Below, piece after piece: positions 40,666 through 50,255 of a DNA stretch of 64,000 bases (positions are counted from its first letter, which is position 1; each line of letters begins with the position of its first letter). The stretch is from Thermodesulfobacteriota bacterium (GTDB taxonomy: Bacteria; Desulfobacterota; Desulfarculia; JACQYL01): contig CAXXLZ010000002.1 in the NCBI GenBank assembly GCA_963675595.2, forward strand, positions 4,448,001 through 4,512,000, given 5' to 3'. The notes under the pieces were generated by a model, which worked only from the letters and a program-made list of their open reading frames with translations, ran no database searches and was not told the DNA's origin. The translations under genes were made by a program, and so were the position numbers.

Positions 40666-43600
40666 GAGGCATGGTGGCCTGGTTCGCCGAGAACCACGTG
40701 GCGGCGAATCTCCTGATGATCTTCTTCATATTGGCGGGCGCGGCCATCGGTTTGACCATGAAGCTGGAAGTCTTCCCCGAGAGCTCCCTGGACATGATCT
40801 CGGTTACCATGGAGTATACCGGGGCTTCGCCGGCCGAAGTGGAGGAGGCGATCGTACGGCGCATCGAGGAAAAGGTGGCCGGTCTGGCGGGGATCAAGCG
40901 CATCGATTCGACGGCCCGGGAAGGCTATGCCGTCGTGCTCATCGAAGTGGTCAAAGACTGGGACCTGAAGACCCTTTTGGACGAAGTGAAGGCGGAGGTG
41001 GACCGGATCACCACGTTTCCCGACGAGGCCGAGCGCCCTATCGTGCGGGAAGTGACCCGTCGAAACGAGGTGATCAGCGTGGCGGTTTACGGGGACGCCC
41101 CGGAATTCACCATCAAGCACCTCACGGAAAAGATCAAGGACGAGATCACCAATCTGCCGGGCATCACTCTGGCGGAATTGTTCGGCGTACGGAAGAGCGA
41201 AATTCACGTCGAGGTTTCCGAGGAAATGCTCAGGCGGTACGGGCTCACCCTGGAAAAGGTGTCCGAGGCGGTGCGAAAGGCCAGCCTGGACCTGCCGGCC
41301 GGCAGCGTTCGCACGGCACGAGGGGAGATTCTTATCCGGGCCAAGGGCCGCAAGTACTGGGCGAGGGACTACCAGGACATCCCGGTGATCACTCGATCCG
41401 ACGGCAGTGAGGTCCTGCTTGGACAGATCGCCAATCTGGTGGACGGATTCGAGGAGACGGACGTGTTCGCCCGTTTCCAGGGAAAACCGACCGGCATCAT
41501 TCAGGTGTTCCGCGTGGCGGACCAGAACGCCCTGGACGTGGCGGACAAGGTGAAACGATACATCGACGAAATCCGACCCAGCCTGCCGGCCGGAGTGGAC
41601 ATCGGATTTTATTCGGACATGTCCAAGATTCTGCGCAGCCGTATCGAACTGCTCCTCAGAAACATGGCGCTGGGACTCGTTCTGGTCACGGTTCTGCTTG
41701 GAATATTCCTCAGCGTGCGTCTGGCCTTCTGGGTCACTTTAGGAATCCCCGTCTCGTTTTTGTTCGGTCTCATGGTGCTGCCCCAATTCGACGTGTCCAT
41801 CAACATGGTTTCCCTGTTCGCCTTCATTATGGTGCTGGGTATCGTGGTGGACGACGCCATTGTGGTCGGGGAGAACATCTATCAAAAGCGGGAAGAAGGC
41901 ATGCCCCCTCTCAAGGCTGCGGTGGAGGGGACCCTGGAAGTCGGTCGCCCCGTGATTTTCGCCGTGCTCACCACCATGGTGGCCTTCTGGCCGTTGCTTA
42001 TGGGCGGCGGCATCATGGGGAAGATCATGCGCAACATCCCCGTGGTGGTGATTCTGGTCCTGTTGGGCTCTTTGCTGGAAAGCCTGCTGATATTGCCTTG
42101 CCACCTCGCGTTCGGGAAGCAGGTTCCAAGGCACCGGAAGAAGCCGAACGTGATCGCCCGAATGCTTCGTCGTTTCATCGAAGGCCCCTATGCCCGCACC
42201 GTGGAATTCTGTGTGCGGTGGCGCTATGCTACCATTGCCGGAGGACTCGCATTGCTGCTGCTTATCATGGGGACCTGGACCGGCGGTTTGATCAAGTTCA
42301 CCCTGTTTCCCAAGGTTGAAGGCGACGTACTCAATTGTACCTTGACCATGCCGGCGGGAACTCCCGTGGAGCGGACCCAAACCGTAATCTCCAAAATCGA
42401 AACCGTGGCCCGGGAAATCCTCGAAGAGGAGGATGCTTCGCGGAAAGCAGGAGCACCGTCCCTTTTCGAGTACAGCATCGCGTTGGTGGGTCTGCAAATC
42501 TCGGGTCACGGACCATCGGCGGGGAATGCGGAATCGGGCGGGCACTTGGGGCAGGTCTTCATACAATTGTTGGAGGGCGAAAAACGGGACGTGAGCGCCG
42601 CTCATCTGGCCAAGTTGTGGCGGGAACGAGTGGGGAACGTGCCGGACGCCGAGTCGATCCAGTTTCAGAGCGACCTGTTTCGAGCGGGAAATCCCATCGA
42701 GGTCCATCTCTCCATGGAAGACCACGATCAGTTGCTCGATGCCGCGGATGATCTGAAGCAGCAACTCGAAGGGTATCCGGGCGTCTTCGATGTGAGCGAT
42801 AGTTTTTTGCCCGGGAAAAAGGAGATGCAGCTCCAGCTCAAGCCCGCGGCGGAACCTCTGGGCCTGACCTTGAATGATCTGGCTCGGCAGGTAAGGCACG
42901 CTTTTTATGGAGCGGAGGCGTTGCGCTTGCAGCGGGACCAGGACGAGGTCAAGGTCCTGGTGCGGTATCCGGAATCCGAGCGAAAGTCGTTGGGATACGC
43001 CGAGGAAATGCGGATTCGAACTCCGGACGGCGCCGAAGTCCCGTTCAGCCAGGTGGCTCGGGTGAAAATGGAGCAGGGCTATGCGTCCATTCAGCGGGCC
43101 CAGCGCCTCAGGGTGGTCAAGGTGACCGCCGACGTGGATGAAAAGACGGCCAATGCCAACGAAATACGCATGATGCTGAACAACGGGGTGCTGGAAGACC
43201 TGAAGTACAAGTATCCCTCTTTGAGATACACCATGGAGGGCGAGGGTAAAGAGCAGCAGGAATCCCTGTCGGACGTGATGCGCTCCTTCGTGATTGCGCT
43301 GTTCTGTATTTACGCGCTGTTGGCCGTTCCCTTCAAATCCTTCACCCAACCCCTCATCGTCATGTCCGCCATTCCCTTCGGCATCGGGGGGGCGATCATC
43401 GGGCATATCATCATGGGGCTGAACATCAGTCTGTTAAGTCTGTTCGGAATGGTGGGACTGGCCGGAGTGGTGGTCAACGACTCACTGGTGCTGATCGACG
43501 CGGCCAACCGCTTTCGGTCGGAAGGGGCCACCGCCCTTGATGCGGTGCTGCGCGCCGGAGGGCTTCGATTCAGGGCCGTTTTGTTGACTTCGCTTACCAC

Positions 43601-43820
43601 ATTCGCCGGTTTGACGCCCATGATCCTGGAACGGAGTCTTCAAGCCCAGTTTCTCATTCCCATGGCCGTGAGCCTCGGGTTCGGCGTCTTGTTGGCCACG
43701 GGCGTCACTTTGGTGCTGATCCCCTGCGGCTACATGGTTCTCGAGGATGTTCACGATCTTCTGGAAAAGATCAAGAAACGGTTGTTGTTGGCGATTCCGA
43801 CCCACGATTCCTCCAAGTGA
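40662..43820 (+). CDS. RND efflux permease (AcrB/AcrD/AcrF family)
   Basis: GASPAEVE, GIVVDDAIVVGE, GVVVNDSLVL, RFRAVLLTSLTT; ATGA overlap with the adaptor gene. Confidence 0.92.
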   Translation: MRGMVAWFAENHVAANLLMIFFILAGAAIGLTMKLEVFPESSLDMISVTMEYTGASPAEVEEAIVRRIEEKVAGLAGIKRIDSTAREGYAVVLIEVVKDWDLKTLLDEVKAEVDRITTFPDEAERPIVREVTRRNEVISVAVYGDAPEFTIKHLTEKIKDEITNLPGITLAELFGVRKSEIHVEVSEEMLRRYGLTLEKVSEAVRKASLDLPAGSVRTARGEILIRAKGRKYWARDYQDIPVITRSDGSEVLLGQIANLVDGFEETDVFARFQGKPTGIIQVFRVADQNALDVADKVKRYIDEIRPSLPAGVDIGFYSDMSKILRSRIELLLRNMALGLVLVTVLLGIFLSVRLAFWVTLGIPVSFLFGLMVLPQFDVSINMVSLFAFIMVLGIVVDDAIVVGENIYQKREEGMPPLKAAVEGTLEVGRPVIFAVLTTMVAFWPLLMGGGIMGKIMRNIPVVVILVLLGSLLESLLILPCHLAFGKQVPRHRKKPNVIARMLRRFIEGPYARTVEFCVRWRYATIAGGLALLLLIMGTWTGGLIKFTLFPKVEGDVLNCTLTMPAGTPVERTQTVISKIETVAREILEEEDASRKAGAPSLFEYSIALVGLQISGHGPSAGNAESGGHLGQVFIQLLEGEKRDVSAAHLAKLWRERVGNVPDAESIQFQSDLFRAGNPIEVHLSMEDHDQLLDAADDLKQQLEGYPGVFDVSDSFLPGKKEMQLQLKPAAEPLGLTLNDLARQVRHAFYGAEALRLQRDQDEVKVLVRYPESERKSLGYAEEMRIRTPDGAEVPFSQVARVKMEQGYASIQRAQRLRVVKVTADVDEKTANANEIRMMLNNGVLEDLKYKYPSLRYTMEGEGKEQQESLSDVMRSFVIALFCIYALLAVPFKSFTQPLIVMSAIPFGIGGAIIGHIIMGLNISLLSLFGMVGLAGVVVNDSLVLIDAANRFRSEGATALDAVLRAGGLRFRAVLLTSLTTFAGLTPMILERSLQAQFLIPMAVSLGFGVLLATGVTLVLIPCGYMVLEDVHDLLEKIKKRLLLAIPTHDSSK

Positions 43821-44170
43821 TCTCTCCGGCAAGGTTCGGAGCGTGCCCGAAATCGTGCGACATGCACGACATCAGGGGTCGCCCCTGCATAACACGTTAC
43901 CAACGGCGGGGGCCGGTTCTCGGCCCCCGTATCCAATGATTCCCCTTTCATCGAGCGTCTTCTCACGTCTTGTCCTTTGACAAGGAAACGCCTGTTTTTC
44001 GTCTCCCTCCACCACGCCGTCACTCACGGCTCTTCCCGAGCTACGACTCCGAATATTAGGAAATCACTCACATTACGGTCACGGTTTTGTAATCCGCGTG
44101 TTGTTTATTCGGAAACGCAGCTCGAACCATTCATCCACAGTTGGAAAATCACCGAGGGAGATACACGCTC

Positions 44171-46687
44171 ATGAATTTGCGAAGATGGTCGCTGGGAGTG
44201 AAGATCGGAACCGGGTTCGCAGTGCTGATCCTGGTGTTTCTGCTGGTGGGCGGTGTCATGTTGTACGGAGTTGCGGACGTGGCCGAGCGGGCGGGGCAGG
44301 AAATTCGGAGCAATCGGTTGTCGGGGCTCTTTGTGGAACTCGAAATGGATCACTTGCAGTGGCTCAACCGCATAGGCGCGCTGCTCACGGGAAGCGGCGG
44401 CACTGAGAGTGCCGAGGACCTCAACCTGTCCGAGGGTGAAAGCGGTCTGGGTCAATGGCTGACCGGGGAGGAGCGACGAAGCGCGGAGACTCGGTTTTCC
44501 GGCGCTTCGAAATTTTTCACCGCCTTGGAGAGTCAAAACCGGGAGGTCTACGCGGCGGCGCGAGAAGTCGCGGAGGGATTCAGGACGCCTCATGCAGGCC
44601 TGATCTCAAGGCTCCAATCGGTGATGGATCGGCAGAATCTCTACGTCGGCAAACTGGCTCGTTCCGTGGAACAGGAAGCCGGAGCCATTCACACGTACCG
44701 GGTGTTGCTCCGAAACGCGCTGAAACAGGCCACTTCCGTACTCATGGCCTGTGAGCGGGAGCCCAGCTTCGGAGAAAGTGAAGAACGACGGGCCATCGGC
44801 ATGTCCATCATCAAGAACCTGCGCTACGGCATTGAAGGGGAGAACTATTTCTGGGTGACCGACCTGAAAGGCACGATGGTCATGCATCCCACGCGTTTCG
44901 AACTGTTCGCGCAGGACGTTTCGGAATACGAGGACAAGAACGGAAAGAAACTGTTCAAAGAAGCGCTGGCCATGGCCAAGGATTCGGGGTCCGGGTTTCT
45001 CACCTATTTCTGGCCCCCGGATTACGGGGAGGAGCCCAGGCCTGTTTTGGCCTACGTGGAATATTTCGATCCCTGGTATCTGGTGGTGGGCACGGGCGTT
45101 TTTCTCGACCCCGCGGATCCGGGATTGCCGGCGCGGGTCCGGGCGTTCGTAGCCGGGGAGTCCGTCAAACTGAGTGCGGCCGAAGACCCGGGCAAATTCG
45201 CTTTTCGCGAGTTCCTGGACGATCCTGAAACCGGTCTGCTGCGTGGGACGTTTCCCCTACTCCATGAGGCTCTTACCGATGCCGAGGAATCGTACGCCGA
45301 ATTTCTCCGGGCGGCGGCCCAAGTGGAGGAATTGGGCGGTCATATGGAAATCGAATCCGCCAAGCGAGTGATGGCGAACGACCTGGAAACCGCCAGGCAA
45401 CGAATGGAATCCCGGCTGGCGGAAGTGATCCGGGAAGAGGCCGCCATCCGGGCCGAAGCCGTGCACGCGGAACAGGCGTTCTCCGAGCGGCTGATTCCCG
45501 CGTCCCGCGAACTGGTTCGCCTGGTGGGGGAAACCAGAGAGCATTTCATCAACGCCGGCGGGAAACAAAACGTGGTGCTCGAAACCGCCCTGCGCACCAA
45601 GCAGCGGGTCATGGTGGGACTGTCCTTGGCCGTGCTCATCGCCTTGGGTGTGGCCGTGTTCATGATCCGAACCCTCTCCCGGATTCTGCTTCGGGTTTTC
45701 TCGTCCCTCAAGGAAGCCGGAGACGAAGTGGCCGGGACTTCCGGAAAGATTTACGAGTCCAGCCTGGATTTGGCCGAAAGCTCGTCCAAGCAGGCGGATC
45801 ACATCCGGGATATATCGACCACGCTCACCGAACTGGCTTCGAGCACGCAGTCCAACGCGGAACGGGCTCGGAACGCTCGTGGAATCGTGGGGGACTCCAT
45901 GGATGAGCTGAAAAAGGCGACCAAAACCTTGCGTTCTTTGACCGATTCCATGGAGGCCATTCGCCGGTCGGGTCAGGAGAGCAGGAAAATTATCGGCACC
46001 ATCGACGAAATCGCGTTTCAGACCAATCTGCTGGCTTTGAACGCGGCCGTGGAGGCGGCCAGGGCGGGCGAGGCGGGCGCCGGTTTCGGAGTGGTGGCCG
46101 AGGAGGTCCGGAATCTGGCTCGGCGAAGCGCCACGGCCGCGAGCGACACCGCATCCATCCTGGAACAGGCGGCGAGGTCCGTTGAGGCGGGGGCGATTTT
46201 GATTTCCGGCTCCACGGACGTGTTTACACGGATGGAGCGGGAAGCCCAACGGACCATGGAGCTCGTGGAAGAAATCGCGGGCGCATCGGAACGTCAGGCG
46301 CGGGACGTGCGGCACGTGAGCGATGCCGTGGCGGAAACCAACGAAACCGTGGCGGAAACGGCGGCCGCGGCCAAAGCCTCGTCCGAGACCTCGGACGGCA
46401 TGAATCTCCAGGTGGAGAAGATGCGCGACGTGGTGCTGGATATCTCCGCCCTGGTCCGATCCCGGAACGGCAAGGGACTTTTCGGAAGCGAACCGGCCCC
46501 GGCCCGCCTCGAACATCCCGTGCGGCCGTTGATCGAAGATCGGCCGAGCGGAGGAAACGGGCACAAGGAACCCTCGCCCGGAAATTCGGCGTCTCCTTCG
46601 GAGGAAGCCCAAAGCGCGGTCGTTCCTCGGGACGGAAAAAAGGCCCCGGTGGTCGTCGACTCGGAGTACCGCCTGCCGACATTTTAG
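44171..46687 (+). CDS. Methyl-accepting chemotaxis protein with periplasmic CZB-like and Cache domains
   Basis: Two TMs; DHLQWL; Cache motifs [28 protein letters not shown]; [37 protein letters not shown]. Confidence 0.9.
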   Translation: MNLRRWSLGVKIGTGFAVLILVFLLVGGVMLYGVADVAERAGQEIRSNRLSGLFVELEMDHLQWLNRIGALLTGSGGTESAEDLNLSEGESGLGQWLTGEERRSAETRFSGASKFFTALESQNREVYAAAREVAEGFRTPHAGLISRLQSVMDRQNLYVGKLARSVEQEAGAIHTYRVLLRNALKQATSVLMACEREPSFGESEERRAIGMSIIKNLRYGIEGENYFWVTDLKGTMVMHPTRFELFAQDVSEYEDKNGKKLFKEALAMAKDSGSGFLTYFWPPDYGEEPRPVLAYVEYFDPWYLVVGTGVFLDPADPGLPARVRAFVAGESVKLSAAEDPGKFAFREFLDDPETGLLRGTFPLLHEALTDAEESYAEFLRAAAQVEELGGHMEIESAKRVMANDLETARQRMESRLAEVIREEAAIRAEAVHAEQAFSERLIPASRELVRLVGETREHFINAGGKQNVVLETALRTKQRVMVGLSLAVLIALGVAVFMIRTLSRILLRVFSSLKEAGDEVAGTSGKIYESSLDLAESSSKQADHIRDISTTLTELASSTQSNAERARNARGIVGDSMDELKKATKTLRSLTDSMEAIRRSGQESRKIIGTIDEIAFQTNLLALNAAVEAARAGEAGAGFGVVAEEVRNLARRSATAASDTASILEQAARSVEAGAILISGSTDVFTRMEREAQRTMELVEEIAGASERQARDVRHVSDAVAETNETVAETAAAAKASSETSDGMNLQVEKMRDVVLDISALVRSRNGKGLFGSEPAPARLEHPVRPLIEDRPSGGNGHKEPSPGNSASPSEEAQSAVVPRDGKKAPVVVDSEYRLPTF

Positions 46688-46702
46688 GGCTTGGCGTAAG
46701 GA

Positions 46703-46743
46703 GCCTCTCCGACGGAGGCGGTGAGGCCCGCTTGAAATGTTTT
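46703..46743 (+). repeat. Left part of an intergenic palindromic repeat (family R1), interrupted by MITE and IS110; continues at 48451-48490
   Basis: GCCTCTCCG.CG.AGGCGGTGAGGCCCG matches copies at 58098 and 59040. Confidence 0.65.
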
Positions 46744-46849
46744 AGACATAATGGCTGCACGTGCAGGAAAGTAGGCCCGTCTCCTGCGTTGTTGGGTTAT
46801 GGTGCGAGTAATCAGCACGCCCATCGAACCAACACCAAGGAGGCAGGCC

Positions 46850-47956
46850 ATGACCGATTTTATCTATGTTGGATTGGATGTTCACCAGAAATCGATAGAC
46901 GTTGCCTTGGCCGAAGGGTCCCGTGATGGAGAAGTCCGATCTTACGGCAAGATCAACGGGGAGCCGTCGGATGTGGATCGATTGTTTCGCCGGCTGGGCT
47001 ACAAGAAGGATCGGCTTCGAGTGGTCTACGAAGCCGGCCCATGCGGCTACGTTCTTTACCGGCACCTGCATGCCCGGGGAATCCATTGCACGGTCGTGGC
47101 GCCCTCGCTGACGCCCCGACGAGCCGGCGATCGGATCAAGACGGATCGACGGGATGCGGTCACCCTGGCTCGTCTTCATCGGGCGGGAGAACTCACGGGG
47201 GTGTATGTTCCCCGTGTGGAGGACGAGGCGATACGGGATTTGACCAGGGCCCGGGAGGATGCCAAGAGCTCGGAGCGAAAGGCCAAACAGCGGCTCAACG
47301 CCTTTTTGCTGCGCCACGGTCGGAAGTACGGCGGGCCGCGGAAGTGGAGCCGGGCCCACCGGAGGTGGCTTTCGGACCAGTCGTTTGAACACCCGGCCCA
47401 GCAGATCGTTTTTCAGGAGTATATCGACACCATTGAAGAGTGCGAGCGCCGGGTGGCGCGATTGGTGGAGCAGATTGGCGAGCAGGTGGAGCACTGGCCT
47501 ATGAAACCGGTCGTGGAGGCCTTCCAATCGATGCGAGGCGTGTCGTTGATCGTGGCCGTCACTGTGGTGGCCGAAGTGGGCGACATGACGCGATTTGATG
47601 AGCCCGGGCAGTTGACGGCGTATCTGGGTTTGGTCCCCTCGGAGAGTTCCAGCGGAGGACGGCGCAAACAAGGAGGCATTACCAAGTCCGGCAACGGACA
47701 TGCGCGCCGGGTATTGATCCAGGGGGCCTGGACCTATCGCTATCCGCCCCGAGTGGGCCGCAGGCTGAGGGATCGGCGGGAGGAGGTGCCGTCCGAGGTC
47801 TGCAAGATCGGCTGGAAGGCCCAGCTGCGTCTGTGCGGCCGGTACCACCGGCTGATGGCCCGGGGTAAGCCGTCGCAAGTGGCCGTTACGGCCATTGCAC
47901 GGGAGATGGCCGCCTTTCTGTGGGCGATCGCCCGAGAGGTTCCCGTTGCCGCTTAA
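46850..47956 (+). CDS. IS110 family DEDD transposase/recombinase
   Basis: YVGLDVH, YEAGPCG, KTDRRDA, AYLGLVPSESSSGG (catalytic Ser), GITKSGN; AGGAGG upstream. Confidence 0.95.
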   Translation: MTDFIYVGLDVHQKSIDVALAEGSRDGEVRSYGKINGEPSDVDRLFRRLGYKKDRLRVVYEAGPCGYVLYRHLHARGIHCTVVAPSLTPRRAGDRIKTDRRDAVTLARLHRAGELTGVYVPRVEDEAIRDLTRAREDAKSSERKAKQRLNAFLLRHGRKYGGPRKWSRAHRRWLSDQSFEHPAQQIVFQEYIDTIEECERRVARLVEQIGEQVEHWPMKPVVEAFQSMRGVSLIVAVTVVAEVGDMTRFDEPGQLTAYLGLVPSESSSGGRRKQGGITKSGNGHARRVLIQGAWTYRYPPRVGRRLRDRREEVPSEVCKIGWKAQLRLCGRYHRLMARGKPSQVAVTAIAREMAAFLWAIAREVPVAA

Positions 47957-48019
47957 CTTCTCATCAAGTCCACATCGTTCGATTTGGAAGGAGGACGGCG
48001 CCGTAAAGGAGGGAAACAC

Positions 48020-48220
48020 GGGCTTCAACCTGAGAGCAGGGGCGCAACCGCGGTTAGGAGAATCCTCGTGACCTGTTAGGAGATCAGGCATCTGCCGAAT
48101 CCTCGTCTGTAGAAAGAGGCAGCTCCGCGACGAACCAAGTCCGGCGGTAACCAACCCGCGAATATCAGCATGATCCACCGTCGCTATGCAGGTTCCGCCT
48201 CTGTCCGCAGGTTGAAGTTC
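48020..48220 (+). ncRNA. Predicted bridge/seekRNA of the IS110 element
   Basis: Closed by GCTTCAACCTG/CAGGTTGAAGT; internal loops carry CCTGTTA (complement of the target) and ATATCAG (matches the circle junction). Confidence 0.7.
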
Positions 48221-48296
48221 CATAAATGGTAGCCATACCCCAACGCTACAAGGGGCGGAAGAATGCTGCGCCCTATTGACGTGTGCAGCCATATCA

Positions 48297-48448
48297 ACAG
48301 GCTGTTGAAAAACGCGATCTGCCGCGTTGCGCTTCATCCCTCGTCACTGCGACGTACTCTATGTACGTCTCATTCCTCAGGATTTGCGCGCCTTGCATCT
48401 CATCGTTTTTCAGCAGCCTGCTGCAACCGGCTTTTTTCAACGGGCGGT
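48297..48448. mobile_element. MITE-like element with ACAGGCTGTTGAAAAA ends
   Basis: ACAGGCTGTTGAAAAA ... TTTTTCAGCAGCCTG (ends 48420) and an outer TTTTTTCAACGGGCGGT; flanked by TA once the IS110 is removed; second copy at 61490-61635. Confidence 0.75.
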
Positions 48449-48450
48449 TA

Positions 48451-48490
48451 AGGGGGGAGCACGGGGGGAACTTTTTCAAAAGTTCCCCCC
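48451..48490. repeat. Right part of the interrupted palindromic repeat
   Basis: GGGGGGAACTTTTTCAAAAGTTCCCCCC hairpin. Confidence 0.65.
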
Positions 48491-48523
48491 GTGAATGTCA
48501 ATTTTGATTCTTGCCGAGACCGG

Positions 48524-49822
48524 CTACTCCGTCACCATCTGCCGGCAACGGGTTTCCCGGGTCAGGCTCAACAGGATCACCGACACCAGGGTCCAGGCGG
48601 TCATGAGCAGAAACGCGCTTCGGAATGCTTCCAGGTCGTAGATGCGCACTTCTCCGTTAAGAGCGCCCCGCCATTTCAGGTCCAATACCCATCCCATGAT
48701 CGGCTGGAGAATCATGGGGCCCATCATCACCCCCATATTGCATACCCCGGCCACGGTGCCCGCCAATTTTGGAGGCACGGATTCCTTGGCGTAGGCGAAG
48801 CCCAGGATGATGCATCCCGAGGCGAATCCCACCACGGCCAGCAGCACGGCCAGAACCGAGAAAGGAAGGGCTTCCACGTAGAGAATCACGCCCCACCCGC
48901 CCAAAGCCACCAGGCTTCCAGCCAGATAGATGGGTTTTCTGCGATGGATGCGGTCGGACAGGTAGCCCAGCACCGGACCTCCGAGGGCCCAGGCCACGAG
49001 CAGGGTCGAGGTGAACAGCGCGCTTTCCGACTGGGACAGGCCGTAATGCGTGGACAAGAAGGGCACTCCCCACAGGCCGGAGAAGGCCAAAACCGGACCC
49101 ACCACTCCGCCGGGGGCCAGGGTGAGGAGCCAAGTGTTGCGATACCGGAAAATGGCCCGCAATCCGGACAATGCGGCCCCGAACGTGGCCCCGCCCTTTT
49201 GGCGGGTCGATTCATGGGCGTAGCCTTCGTATCCCTTGTCCGAAGGATCGTCCCGCACCACCGCCCACACGGCTGCGGTGAGCAGGAGGGAGACGCACGC
49301 CGATACGAACATGACGGAGCGCCATCCAAAGGCATTCACCAACAGGCGGAGCGGGACCCCGGCGGTGACCGCTCCCAGAATCCCGCAAAAAAGAGCCATC
49401 CCGCTCACCATGGCGAAGCGCTGTGGCGGGAACCAGTGGGAAGCCAGTTTGAGCAAAGCGACCCACGCCACGGCCACGGAGCCCCCGATGAGAAGCCTGC
49501 CCAGGTCGGCCAGAGCGATGTCCGGGGCCAGGGCGAAGAGAAAGGTCCCCAAGGCGGACACCAGCGCGCCGGCGGCCAGCAGCTTTCTGGGACCCAGATG
49601 GTCCGCCAGGATTCCGGTGGGAATCTGCATGAACACGTAGCTGTAGAAATAGAAGGCGGAGAGATTGCCGAGCACCGCGGCTCCGATGTGAAACTCGGCC
49701 ATGAGCAGGTCCGTCATGACCGCGGGCGCCACCCTCTGGTAGAAGCCTGTGCAGTAGAAGAGCGCTCCCAGTCCCCAGATCATCCAGGACAGGCGGGCCG
49801 GGGGAAATTTTTCGGAATGCAT
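48524..49822 (-). CDS. MFS transporter
   Basis: QIPTGILADHLGPRK, GRLLIG, WFPPQRF, GYLSDRIHRRK, about 12 TMs; the longer ORF start lies in repeats. Confidence 0.88.
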   Translation of the reverse strand: MHSEKFPPARLSWMIWGLGALFYCTGFYQRVAPAVMTDLLMAEFHIGAAVLGNLSAFYFYSYVFMQIPTGILADHLGPRKLLAAGALVSALGTFLFALAPDIALADLGRLLIGGSVAVAWVALLKLASHWFPPQRFAMVSGMALFCGILGAVTAGVPLRLLVNAFGWRSVMFVSACVSLLLTAAVWAVVRDDPSDKGYEGYAHESTRQKGGATFGAALSGLRAIFRYRNTWLLTLAPGGVVGPVLAFSGLWGVPFLSTHYGLSQSESALFTSTLLVAWALGGPVLGYLSDRIHRRKPIYLAGSLVALGGWGVILYVEALPFSVLAVLLAVVGFASGCIILGFAYAKESVPPKLAGTVAGVCNMGVMMGPMILQPIMGWVLDLKWRGALNGEVRIYDLEAFRSAFLLMTAWTLVSVILLSLTRETRCRQMVTE

Positions 49823-49867
49823 ATGGGAAAGCCGCCTCGGCGTTGATTCGGAAGATGAGTTCATCTG

Positions 49868-50005
49868 CGGGGGAGGACTTTCGGGAAAGTCCTCCCCCGC
49901 ACCCCCTCTCAAAGCATGCTGGACGGGCCTCACCGCTTGCGGTGCGGCCACGCTGCAAAGTTTTGCGGGGGGCGTGGGGGGCGCTTTTTCAAAAGCGCTC
50001 CCCAC
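49868..50005. repeat. Composite palindromic repeat (reversed R1 plus R2)
   Basis: GGGGGAGGACTTTCGGGAAAGTCCTCCCCC then CCGCTTGCGGTGCGGCC...GGGGGGCGCTTTTTCAAAAGCGCTCCCCAC. Confidence 0.75.
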
Positions 50006-50101
50006 CCATATGAAAATATGCAACCGGGCATGCTCCGAATCTCCTCGATGAGCATGCTTGGCCGAACAAGAACCCGCTCTCTGAATTGGAGTCCGGGTTT
50101 T

Positions 50102-50127
50102 GTAGGGGCAGGCCACAGTGCCTGCCC
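50102..50127 (+). repeat. GTAG-type REP palindrome
   Basis: GTAGGGGCAGGCCACAGTGCCTGCCC, identical to 52039-52064. Confidence 0.75.
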
Positions 50128-50160
50128 GCCTGCCCATTGATCTTTTTTCCCCGGGGCGCT

Positions 50161-50233
50161 CCGCTTGCGGTGCGGCCGCGCTGCAAAGTTTTGCGGGGGG
50201 TGTGGGGGGCGCTTTTTCAAAAGCGCCCCCCAC
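50161..50233. repeat. Palindromic repeat, family R2
   Basis: Near-identical to 49933-50005. Confidence 0.75.
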
Positions 50234-50255
50234 CCTTCCGAAAATATATCATCAT

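Larger units (their letters stand above)
46744..48295 (+). mobile_element. IS110-family insertion sequence, IS1111-type organisation
   Basis: Sub-terminal inverted repeats ATGGCTGCAC (46751-46760) / GTGCAGCCAT (48283-48292); transposase followed by ~340 nt of non-coding sequence; joining the ends gives TTGACG-N17-CATAAT. Confidence 0.9.

Noticed and set aside
48283-48507. Short ORFs across the MITE (also the 5' part of 60996-61592)
   Set aside because: Translations of the repeated non-coding element, not genes
49823-50233. N-terminal extension of the MFS ORF with a repeated peptide
   Set aside because: It is the translation of R1/R2 DNA repeats; the transporter homology starts at MHSEKF
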